Origin: the human T2T-CHM13v2.0 reference genome, Homo sapiens
Assembly (NCBI RefSeq): GCF_009914755.1
Contig: NC_060940.1
Reading direction: 5' to 3' (one strand)
DNA length: 64,000 nucleotides
In this document: in pieces, positions 51,621 to 64,000 of the stretch
Layout: each line of letters begins with the position of its first letter
How positions within the stretch are numbered: position 1 is the stretch's first letter
Notes under the pieces: generated by a model
Database searches by the model: none
Told to the model about the DNA's origin: nothing
The model's input: the letters and a program-made list of their open reading frames with translations, nothing else
Translations under genes and position numbers: made by a program

Positions 51621-51676
51621 CTTTGAAGAGCCCAGCGGCATTCCATGAACAGATAAAAAGCTTGGAACGAGCCAGA
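51621..51676 (+). CDS. MRTFB: MRTFB exon, RPEL1-RPEL2 spacer (PLKSPAAFHEQIKSLERAR)
   Basis: Acceptor tttcttttctcacag|, donor AGA|GTAAGA; 56 nt, phase 1 to 0. Too short for the ORF track; translated by hand. Confidence 0.96.
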
Positions 51677-52811
51677 GTAAGACATTTCACTTTAAAATGT
51701 TCTACTTCTCTCTCCTTCTCTCCTCTCTTCTAAAATACCTGTGTACAAGTAGCAGTGTTACTCCTAAATATGTCAATAGAGAAAAAATAGTGTATTTTCA
51801 GGATACATGGCATAGAGAATATTTACTCTGGGATAGTTTGATCTGGAGGTTTGCAGAAAATACATGACATTCAAATTTTGTTCTTTTAAAGCCAGTAACT
51901 AGTTTTGTACAAAAAGAACAAATCATACTTCTTCGCTTTCTTGCTCTCAGAGCATAACAACAGTTTTTAGAGGCATAAGAGGGGGTAATTCTGTCATTTG
52001 TTACCCCTACAGAGAGACAGCCAAGGATGTGGTGACACCAGATCCTTAGATGATTTCCCTACTGGGTCTTTGTTACCTGTACATTTGACCAACGGTAGGG
52101 GAAGATGGCTAAATCAGAAAACGTTGCTACATTCAACTCTGCTTTATTCTTTAAGATGGCACCATCATACTTGCACGTGATAATTGTTAAGATTTTTCTT
52201 TAAAAATGCCATTATGAATATTCATTCATTTTGTTTTGGGGAAAATTTCTATCATGCAACATGAAAATAAACATATTCCAAAATTTTCTTAAGAATTTTT
52301 CTAGAATGCAATAATGATTTCTTACAGTCTTATAAAACCTGTATGAAGGCTTTCTTCCTTAAGAGTTGAATACATTTCTAATTAAGAAAATCTGATCAAG
52401 GATATGAACTTACCAAAGAAAACACATTAAGATTTTTAGGAAATTTGTTATCTAGGTGGATTTTTACTGGACCTGAAGTATAGATTTTATTGAGTTTAGA
52501 TATTTAAGTGATTTAAATCCTATGTTTATTAAAAAACTATCTTCAAAACACGACCTTTCGATGTTCATAAGTTTTAAAAGTTTATAAATGCTTAGTTTAT
52601 ACCAACATACTCTTCAAGTCTGTGTACAATTTTGAAGGCTACAGTTTAAATCATGTGTTGGATACTAGTTTTTCTAAGTGCTAATTTCTACTCTTCGTCT
52701 CAAACACATGACCATAAGCGTATCGTTTATTTAAATGGAATACCTTAAAGAACATTTAAAACCACAATAAATAATAAATGATTTATGGTAAGACTTTTTT
52801 TCTTTTTAAAG

Positions 52812-52887
52812 ACTGAAAACTTTTTGAAACACAAGATTCGGAGTCGACCAGATCGTTCTGAACTTGTCAGGATGCACATTTTAGAAG
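52812..52887 (+). CDS. MRTFB: MRTFB exon encoding RPEL2 (TENFLKHKIRSRPDRSELVRMHILE)
   Basis: Acceptor ttttttctttttaaag|, donor AAG|GTAAAG; 76 nt, phase 0 to 1; RPxxxEL motif RPDRSEL. Confidence 0.96.
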
Positions 52888-55800
52888 GTAAAGGATTTAT
52901 TTCTTCTTAATCTGCTGTATTTTTTCAAGAAAAGAAGTGAGAATTTCCACCATTTCTGTTTATTCCCATTTTAATAACTTTTTAACCCACAGCCTTACTT
53001 CCTCCAAACTGGATAGCAACATGAAGACCCAAAACTAAAACATGTTAGATACACAGGGAAGGTTTGATTCTTCACATAACCAATTAATGGACTAACACTT
53101 CCACACCAGCTGGTACCACAGATGCCTCTACCATACTGTTCCACTAAAAAAATTGGGGTCCAGAGGATTTCTTTATCAGTGAGGGACATGTATCCACTTA
53201 TTAAGTCATAAAGAATGCAATAGCACAAGTCTAACCCTAGATTTTCAACTACTTGGACCTTGTCTGTGTCTAACTGTACAGTGCCCACACCCAACATTTT
53301 CTCTTTATTGCCACTTACCCACAACAAGCCACCTTGAGCTGACCATTAGCACCTCCCATCCACCTCCGCCAAATGATCTCAGTCATCTAACCTCATCACT
53401 TACGAGGCTGGTAAGGACAGTTCCATTCCATCTTTGGTTAACACATGGGTCAGGCCAGGATGTTTTTCTCTCTAAAGGCAAAGCATTCTCGAAAGCTTAT
53501 ACCTCCACCATCAACTCCCAAGTTACATTTTCTTTCATTGTTTTGCTTCTCCAACGAATTTATTAAGACTAGGAGCTTGATTCTGTGGTAGTCTTGGGTG
53601 TGTTAAGTATTGAGAAGATACAGAAACAATCTGAAAACTTCTCAGACATTGAGAGACAATTGTCAGGTAGAAGGGAGGTTTGTTCTCTGGGCCTAATGAT
53701 AGGATTAGAGTTAGTATTAAGTTAGGTTGATATTACCAAGTATTAGATTATAACTCAACATAAGAAGTAATATCTTAAAGGTCTGACATGTCCAGAAATG
53801 AAATCTTCAGGAGGTGATATGGCTACCATTGTTAGAGGTGTTCCTTCATTGGCCAGTGTGCTAGACTCCAGAGACCCAACAAGTGAGCGAGACAGATGGA
53901 TGCCTGACTTCACGGAGCTGGCAGTTCTATTTTTGCTAATAAACAAGCAAAACAAGTGAATTACAGATTGTGAGAAGAGCTCTGTGGGGAGTAAACCGAC
54001 TGCTATGATAGAGAAAAAACTCTCAATATTAAGGATGTGGTAGAGAACTTCGAAGCATCAAGGTGGTCTCTACGACCCCAAGTAGGGGCTCTTCTATTGT
54101 AAAGAATCTTTGATTATATGGCTGTCCTCCTCATTCCAGGGGCAGGAGGTGAGAGGTATGTCCCTTTCTCTACTTTGGGTTGTGTTCTCAGAAGTCCGCT
54201 GGACTAAAAAGGCTTTTCCAGAACTCCAGTAGTAGGGTAGAGCAGCTACCAGTCAGGGATAAGTGAATCTTCAAAGAAGCAAGTTTACTGGTAAGTAGCC
54301 AAGTAAGTGGTTGCTTCTTTGCCTGAAAACATCTTGACCTATAAGGGACATTTTTGTAGTAACAATGCTATCTGTTTCAATTTGCCTTCTAACTGTAACA
54401 AGCTTTATTGATATAATTAAAATCAAGGAAAATACATTTAACTCTCAAAATAAATCTTTTTTTAAGACTACCCACCATTTAAAAATTTAACTGTATTTAT
54501 GAATTAACCATAAGTGATGTTTTTAGGACATCTGTTCTCAAGTTGGGAGTTTTGAAATAAGAAAGAATGTCATTTTATTTTTTGAAGTATCTTAAAACCA
54601 CCACCACTCCCAACTGTATTTTAACATTAACCCGATTTTGATTGGATTAGATATTTGGCAGGCAAGGGTCTAAGTTACTTCCTGAAGTTCAGCAGCTAAA
54701 CTTCAGCCTCAGTCATGGAGATAGAGGAATAAGACCAGGAACAGAAACATAACAAAATTCCAGGCTCTACTTACTTACTTACTTGGGAATATTTTCTTTC
54801 CATACATATTGCTATCACTTCGGTGATGGTAATGTAAGAGAGGAGAAAGACAGAAGTCTGTCCTACCTAGATCTTAACCAGAGGCATTGAAATATCAACC
54901 TGAGAGTAATTCTTATGTTCTGATTCTCCCCAAGTATCATCTTGTATGGTTAGAAGTGTTATCTCAGAAGATTGGGGCCACAGTTGGTTGTATGGGAAAA
55001 TGATAAAAATGAGATGAACACACATTTTAACTTGTAGATGTCTACATTTATTTACCAATATTCCAACCTTGTGCTAGGGCCTTCTCTTTGGGTAAGACTT
55101 TAATGAATGGAGTTCACATCAATCGGAGCTTTAAAATCCTAGATGTTGCAATCTTTTTCTCAAATTTCTTACAGTTGTTAATTGCCCAAACGAATTTGAC
55201 AGTGATTTTTTAAATGACTCAACCTTTATCAAATCTTTCCAAAGCATTTAAGTTTCCAAGAAATAAACATTTTATTTTTGAAGTTTTATCATTTTCTCAT
55301 AACATTTAGTTAAATTATGTATTCGCAATAGCGGTCACAACAGATATGAATCATTTTGTGGACAATCAAGGCTCACTTTTGGCAAGCATACAGCTCAGCT
55401 GGTGGATAGAGAAGCTACACAGATGTGCTGCAGGGTAACCTCCTAGCCATGTGCTTTCAGTGAGCCTTGGGCTTCACAAGAATAGTCTATTAATACCTAC
55501 AGACTAAAGAATATCAGTTCATCCTAAGCCGACTTATGGGGAGTTTCATTGAAAGACCTTCTACTGTATAGCTTAAGAGGCAAGCAACTTTCAGCTTGGA
55601 ATTTTGGGTAGACACCACATCATTATTTTTCATCATTTCTAAACATTTTTTAGAACAATGGAAAAAACATTAACAAGAGTTACCAGAAACACAAGTATGA
55701 CAGAATAAAGCAGATGGATGAATTATGGTATTTATAGTTTTACATTGGTTGTACCAATTTTATGCATTTGTAAGTAGATGAGTTGATGCCTGTATACAAC

Positions 55801-56392
55801 CATTAATTACTGTATATTATAGTTGAATGTTCCTAACAGACACAAGGATATGTATTCAGAAATAAACCCAAATTCTTAATTATGATGACCGACCGAGACA
55901 CAGGGGATCAATTCAAGAATATGAATGATAGCTCTTCCCATTGACCTCTGCAGAGAAGCTTATAACCCTAAGAGGCAGTGTCTCCCTTCTAAGAATTGAC
56001 TTTCCAATGAAGCCAAATCCAGAACTGTCAACTTCTTGAACCATGGGCCACATCCGTCTTGCCCATCCTCTGTATCCCCAATACCTAGTAAATGTGAATT
56101 TGACCCTCCTGCCATAAACAAACAATAGCAGTGCCCCACTTTTGGTTTAAGGTCCTGTTAATTTGAGTCTGTGGGCATCCAAATTACATAGACAAAGTAA
56201 AGCTATCCAGAACTAAAAAATACAAAATGCATACTGGAGAATTCTTAAACAGTCATTTTCTCTTTCCATAAATATGTCGAGAACACAAAAATGTGTCTAA
56301 ATCAGTTTAAATTCAGTTTGTTGGCCTGAAATAACATTATGGAATAGAAATAGTAATTCGAGTAATGGTTAAAACTGTGTTTCCTCTTTTAG

Positions 56393-56554
56393 AAACATTT
56401 GCAGAGCCATCCCTGCAGGCTACTCAGATGAAGTTGAAAAGAGCTCGACTAGCAGATGATCTGAATGAAAAGATTGCTCAAAGACCTGGTCCTATGGAGC
56501 TGGTAGAGAAAAACATCCTTCCTGTGGACTCCAGTGTTAAAGAAGCAATTATAG
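56393..56554 (+). CDS. MRTFB: MRTFB exon encoding basic box KLKRAR and RPEL3 (ETFAEPSLQ...RPGPMEL...KEAII)
   Basis: Acceptor tttcctcttttag|; 162 nt, phase 1 to 1; ends at GC donor TAG|GCAAGA, which is needed to give IIGVGKEDY with the next exon. Confidence 0.95.
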
Positions 56555-57261
56555 GCAAGACTCTAAAAATTTACTATTTGGGGTGAGAAAGAGAAACTTG
56601 GAAATTTTAGATAAAACAAATATAATTTAAAGGCTAGCACCGATCGTGAGTATTGTTTTCTGGGTTAATTAGAAATTAACACAGTGATTTGTGTTACTAT
56701 CATTTCATTATGTATTATAAGTCTAGTATCTGCCGCTGATTAACAGATTCCCTTGTTAGGTCTGAGTTTTAATTCTTAACATTCTGATTTCATCTCACCT
56801 TTTGGGGTCCATCTCTTTAGGACTGCATGGAATCATGGTTGATTGTACTGCTTACAGTTCTTGACTACAAATTGCCTAAGCTTTAAAGTCATACCAGTGC
56901 AAAATAGGAGGTCCCCAGGGGTGATGAAAACTACAATAGTTTTTAAGATAGGATATTAACTTTTCCAAATTGCTTGCTAAGTAGCATTATTATTGAAATA
57001 ATTTTCTAAGTTAAACTTATTTAGTTTAATATTTTTACTAACTTTTTATTTCTGTCTACTTCTAGGAAATATAAATAGCATGTTCAGTGTTAGTTCAGGA
57101 AGGTGAAGAGCAGATGAGTACAGAATGGTAGTATCTCTCTGTTTTATCCTCGTCTTACCACACTTAGTTACTGATGTTTCTCTTTTTGTTTCTGGCGTAA
57201 GCTTTAGCAGAAAAACAGAAAAAATCAGGTGAGATGTCAGTGTAGCTGGGTTGCTCCCTAA

Positions 57262-57625
<364 letters not shown>

Positions 57626-58086
57626 TGTCACGTGTTTTTTTAACAGTTGGATTTCCTGTCAGGATCCAAACAAGGTCCACACGTTGCCTCTGCCTGATAT
57701 TTCTGTTAAATCTTAATCTATTGGGTGGATCTTTTTTTTTTCTTATTTGTTGAGAAAAAGGCTTGTTTTGTTCTCTAGCATGTCCCACATTCTGGATTTT
57801 ACTGATTGCATTTGCATCCCCAGGTGTTAAGATTCCTGGCGCTTGTACTTCATGTAACTGGTAGTTGAACCCAAAGTCTTAATCTAATGCAGGTTAGATT
57901 TTTCTTTTTCACTCAAGAATACATCATGGTTAGTGGTGTGTTCTTGCACTGGGAGGTACATTGTGTTCAATTTTTTTTTTAAGCAGCTTCATAAATTTTC
58001 ATAGGAAACAATGTTTTCCTCCTTCACATTAAGCTTGGTATTCCAAAGCCAACATAAGTCAAGTCAAAAATCATTTCTTTCTTTAG

Positions 58087-58265
58087 GCGTTGGGAAGGAG
58101 GACTATCCCCACACTCAGGGCGATTTCTCATTTGATGAAGACAGCAGTGACGCTTTGTCTCCGGACCAGCCTGCGAGTCAGGAGTCACAGGGGTCAGCCG
58201 CGTCCCCAAGTGAGCCAAAAGTTAGTGAATCGCCATCTCCTGTGACTACAAACACTCCAGCGCAG
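58087..58265 (+). CDS. MRTFB: MRTFB exon, Ser/Pro/acidic linker (GVGKEDYPHTQ...TTNTPAQ)
   Basis: Acceptor tttctttctttag|, donor CAG|GTATTA; 179 nt, phase 1 to 0. Next exon not found in the window. Confidence 0.96.
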
Positions 58266-58989
58266 GTATTATCTTTCTGGTTTTGACCCCTAAAGAAAGA
58301 AAATGCCTTGTTTTTTTTTAATATATTAAGGTAATACACTTTGACCAGAAGAAAATTCTGAATTGAATTTAAATTGATTTATTAAGCAAAAAGCAGGCAC
58401 TTAACTGCCCTCCAGGAAGGTAATAAAGATTTCCAGCCACTATGTCTTCATCACAAGTAGGTAATACCATTTCCTGAAATCTTGGAGAGTTGAATGTTTT
58501 GATCATTGATGGAACTGAATTTGTTTGTTCAACAAATACACATTGAGCACCTATTATGTTTCAAATTTATTGGGAACTGAGAATCTAGTGCATACAAAGG
58601 AATGTAAGAAATATTTTGGTAATTGCATTGGAAATTTACATGTCTTTTAATGGGTGTCCATGTTTCCTTTGGCTTTATAATAATTCTTGTGCTGTACATA
58701 ATTTTTCTCTCCTTATAGTGCTTTTGCCTTACTGAAATTTTAATAGTGTTATTTTAAAGTCAAAACTATTGAACTACTTAATGGGAGTGATCAAGTCAGC
58801 AGAAAATGTTCTTGATAAGCCTGGCATCATAGAATTTTTGAGTTAGAAAGGAATTTAGCAATTATCTGCTTTAACCCTTATACAAGAGGCAGTCTGGGTT
58901 CACAGAAGTATGGAAGTTTGGGGATTAAAAATGCCCATTTTCTTACAGCATTTCTTCTCATTCATGACCATTGATTTGTTAGGAGCTAT

Positions 58990-59220
58990 GTCTTTCAGCA
59001 TTATTTTCTTCATTGCATTTATCACCATGATCTGAAATATGTTTATTTGTTTGTTGTCTGTATGCCTGCAGCTAAAATGTGAGCCTATGAGAGGGACTTT
59101 GACTGTTAGCAGATAAGAGCTACTTTGGAGAGGGAGGGAAGGGGAGAGAGAGCAAGTATATTTTGAGCATCTAGTACAGGGCTTGGAACAGAAAAGGTGC
59201 TTAGTAAATGCTGACTTGAA
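58990..59220 (+). mobile_element. L2 3' end
   Basis: tttatttgtttgttgtctg...ggtgcttagtaaatg. Confidence 0.6.
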
Positions 59221-61033
59221 TTCAGCACCTTGAATGCAGACTGACACAATGGTTGTGGAAGCTTGTTTCTCTTCTCCTTCCATGTGAATGTAGAGCCGCT
59301 ACAGCTTGGACTCATCAGTGGTAGTGTGGATGGCTACAGTTCCGATTGTCCTCTCCAAGTTCACAGGGCAGGGGTGATCCTGGCCTAGAAGTAGTATGAG
59401 GGTCAGTGACCAACCCACAGTCTGAGGTTTGAGCAGGCAGAAAGCGAGAGCAAGGGAGACTAAACCCTACTGTGTTCTCACATATTTGCTGCACCCTGGT
59501 TTTGAGCTTTAAAAATTCAGTAAAAAGAATGTCAAGTATGCAAGTAGATACCATTAACAAACAGTTACACTTATCCATTTGGGTTGTTTGTTCTCTGCTA
59601 CTGTTTTGAGTAGGTTAGGATGTCAGACAGCAATTAGCATGGCCTTAACTTTTAGTAATACAGAATGTGTCACAACAGCCATCAGTTGTTTAAATTCCAT
59701 GATCATTTCACCTGCATGAAAGATTATAATTCTCTTCCTTGTATTGCTGGTACTACTGTGTTTTATTTCCATACTCTTAAAACGTGGTCTCCAGCTAAGT
59801 TTTTAATTGAGACGCTTTAACAAGAGGCATTCCCACACAGTGAGCTGACATTCCAGAATTCCTTGAAGGAAAATAGTAATAACAGTGTTTCTTGAAGAAT
59901 AAATATGGTCTGTTTATTCCCAGTGCAACACACATTAAGCCTTGGGTCATTCCTGAATTTAAGCATTAGTTTTCGTAGTACCTTCAGTGCTGCTGCAGTA
60001 CAGTTCTGCCTGTTACATGCAGACCACATTAACAGTCAGCTTTTTATCTGTCAACTAGGGCGATGGGAGAAGACCCACTTTACAGGATGTTAACAGTTCC
60101 TATGTATACATTCAAGAAAAAAAACCTGGAGTCAGGGTTGGCTCCACTGTAGCTTTGCCTGTTAAATCATTTCTGTCCTATGTGCCTTGAGACCTCTTAA
60201 AATTGTGGCCTTCATGAAACCCCCTTGTATTAAGTGTTCTAGTATTTATAAGTAAGGAATCTGACAAAGATTCTTATTATACTTTTATTCATGTAATTAA
60301 AGAAGCATGTCCATGGTAACTATGCCATACAGATGTCAAAGAAAGATAATTCTTAAGTAGGATTATTAATACGTTGTAGGTGCTTCGTTTTGGTTTCTTT
60401 TTTTAATTAACTACAGAGGCGAACTTTATGATGCTGGTAAAGTCTTGGGGATTTTTATGTCATCTAGAGGTGATAAGTTTTGTTTTGGCAAATTTTATAC
60501 TTTATTTTCACTGTTATCCAGTGTTTGGTTATAGAATTTGCCCAGGCATCTCACTTGATGTATATAAAATATATTTATCTACCTAAATATACTTACTTTC
60601 ATATTCGTAGCCCAAGGGGAAAGGACCTTGACACATTGCTTCTCCTTAGACACAAAGTTCCTAGAGGACAGGGATTTATCTTAGTAACCTCATACTCAGC
60701 ACAGGGGTCCAGCACACAGCAAGTACTTACTTTACTTAACTGATTTAATGCATGACAGATCCTTGGAGACTCTCTCTGCAGTCTGTTTTTTCCTGCTTTA
60801 GAATTACCATCATACCACTGCCACAAAGACGAGCTATGACACAATTTACTAAAATGTGCTTGTAAAGCAAGATAATAAAAGAGCAACATACACGTCTTGT
60901 CTTTCAGGGGTTCTTTGAGATTCTTAATTTTTAATCTTGAAAATAACTCATTGTAAGAGTTTGATGGTAAATTTCATTGCTGTTGACCAGTCCTCGAATT
61001 GGCTGTAGTGGAGGACTAGCTTGATTTTTTTAG

Positions 61034-61345
<312 letters not shown>

Positions 61346-61578
61346 CATTTAATTTTCGATGCATGTGGACTAATCCTTGTAAAGTACAAGTGGTGGGGTA
61401 ACATCAAATTTCTATATGACTTTCTAACTGGTCACAGGCAGGTAACAGAGGTCCACAGACCATACTTTGAGTGAAATCTCTGCCTTAGATTTCACTTTCC
61501 TTCTTGTTTGCCTGAGCCAAATTTTGTCATGTATTTATTACTCATTTTGTGCTGCATGTTTAATCCTATGGCTTAAAA

Positions 61579-62105
<527 letters not shown>

Positions 62106-62165
62106 GAAATAGGGAGAGGTGGCTGTTTTTTCACATGCCAAATTTTCAACAAAAGATACAAAGAA

Positions 62166-62603
62166 GGCAGGCATGATAGCACACACCTATAATCCCAGCT
62201 TACTTGGGAAGCTGAGGCAGGAGGATTACTTAAATCCAACAGTTCAAGTCCAGTCTGGGCAACATAGCAAAATCCCATTTAAAAAAAACAAGGCAGGGTG
62301 CAGTGTCTCAGACCTGTAATCCCAGCAGTTTGGGAGGCCAAGGCAGGTGGATTGCTTGAGCTCAGAAGTTCAAGACCAGCCTGGGCATCATAGTGAGACC
62401 CCATCTCTACTAAAAATACAAAAAGAAATAGCTGGGCGTGGTAGTGCATACCTGTGGTCCCAGCTGCTCAGGAGGCTGAGGTGGGAGGATCACCTGAGAC
62501 AAGGGAGCAGAGGTTGCAGTGACCCAAGATCATACCACTATACTCTAGCCTGGATAACAGAGCGAGACCCTACACACACCCCCACAAAAAAGAAAAAGAA
62601 AAA
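62166..62603 (+). mobile_element. Alu monomer (62166-62289) followed by a full Alu (62292-62603)
   Basis: Two tandem Alu-derived units with A-rich tails. Confidence 0.88.
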
Positions 62604-63123
62604 TATGACCATTCAGGGAACAAAATAAATCTCCAGAAACTATCTTAGAAGAAACACACATATCTGCCCTACTGGACAAAGACTTTAAAGTAATTATCTT
62701 AAATATACTCAAAAACTAAAAGAAAGAAAACATGGACAACAAACTAAAGGAAATTAGGAAAACTATATATGAACAAACTGAGAATGTGGTAGAAATTATT
62801 TTTTAAACCCAAACAAATTATGTAATTGAAGATATAATGGAATTGAAAAATTCACTAGAGGCTTGAACAGCAGACTCAAACAAGCAGAAGAAAGAATCTG
62901 CAAATGGGAAGGCAGATGATTTGAAATTGAGTCTGAAGACAAAAGGAAAAAAGAATGAAGAAAAGTGAACAGAGACTTAAGAGACTTATAGGACACCATC
63001 AAGCGATCAATGTATTCACTATGAGAGTTCCAAAAGGAAAGAGAGAAAGGGGCAAATACAGTAATTAAAGAAATAATGGCCCAAAACTTCACAAATAGGA
63101 GGAAAGACATGGATATACAAATA

Positions 63124-63757
63124 CAGTCATGCTTTGCTTAACAACAAGGATACATTCTGAGCAAAGCATTTGTAGTAGTCAGTTCTCACACCACTATAAA
63201 GAACTACCTGAGACTAGGCAATTTATGAAAAGAGGTTTAATTGACTAACAGTTCCACGGGCTGTACAGGAGGCATGGCTGGGGAGGCCTCATGAAACTTA
63301 CAGTCACAGTAGAAGGGTGAAGGCGAAGCAAGCATGTCTTCACATGACAGCAGGAGAGAGCGAGCGAGCACAGGGAGAAATGCTACACACTTTCAAACAA
63401 CCAGATCCCATGAGAACTCATTCACTATCATGAGAACAGAAAGGGGGAAGTCTGCCCCCATGATTCCCACCAGGCCCCTCTTCCAACACTTGGGGATTAC
63501 AATTTGACATGAGATTTGGTCATGATTCAAATTATATCAGCATTGTTTGACAGTTTTGTTGTTGTGAAACATCATAGAGTATACTTACACAAACCTAGAT
63601 GGTATGGCCTACTACACCTACTACAGTGTGCCTTTACAGTGTAAATGGTTTTTTTACTACATTTACAGTGTAAATGGTTTTTTAAAATACTACACCTGTA
63701 TAGAGCAGCTCCATTATAATCTTCTTATGTGCAGCCCATTGTTGACCACAATGCCTG
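63124..63757 (+). mobile_element. Tigger3-like (TcMar-Tigger) element, split by an LTR
   Basis: TA-cagtcatgc...gcttaac; aacatcatagagtatacttacacaaacctagatggtat; ends atgcctg-TA. Confidence 0.85.
63171..63539 (-). mobile_element. THE1D-like MaLR solo LTR
   Basis: TG...CA ends; 5-bp TSD GCATT at 63166-63170 and 63540-63544; aagaggtttaattgact, cactatcatgagaacag. Confidence 0.92.
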
Positions 63758-64000
63758 TACAAGAAATTCAATAAACTCCAAAGACACCCGCAGGAACGCA
63801 CATTATAATCAACTGTCTAGAGTCAAATAAGACAGAATCTTAAAAGCAGCAAGAGAAAAGTGACTGGTCACCTACAAGGAATCCTCAATAAGACTATCAG
63901 TGGATTTCTCAGTAGAAGCCTTGAAGACCAGAAGGCAGTGGGATGATATATTTAAAATGGTGAAAGAAGAAAACAGTCACCTGAAAATTGTATATCCAGC

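Larger units (their letters stand above)
62604..64000 (+). mobile_element. L1M ORF1 region, interrupted at 63124-63759
   Basis: agcagaagaaagaatc, aagaaataatggcccaaaacttc, agaatcttaaaagcagcaagaga, agaaggcagtgggatgatatatt. Confidence 0.85.

Overview
AT-rich, repeat-dense primate DNA, most likely human chr16p13.12. The window lies inside MRTFB (MKL2, myocardin-related transcription factor B), which is transcribed on the + strand. Six coding exons can be rebuilt from splice signals: an isoform-specific N-terminal exon (26183-26303, MIDSSKK...), then 49510-49575, 51621-51676, 52812-52887, 56393-56554 and 58087-58265. Together they give a continuous 220-aa frame containing the three actin-binding RPEL motifs; the rest of the gene is outside the window. 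The intron after 56554 is a non-canonical GC-AG intron. A TVP23B/C processed pseudogene (probably TVP23CP2; 39553-41400) sits in the sense orientation in the large intron, with poly(A), target-site duplication and a frameshift. The remainder is Alu, L1, L2, MIR, MaLR/MER21 LTRs and DNA transposon fossils, several nested. Most listed ORFs are repeat-derived or chance. I found no clearly new biological system. The most testable leads are the in-frame phase-1 RPEL exon block (skipping or a stop-free circle), the GC donor with a competing GT donor, a uORF overlapping the start codon, and promoter-like motifs carried in by the retrocopy. Repeat subfamily calls are from memory of consensus sequences and repeat boundaries are approximate unless a TSD is given.
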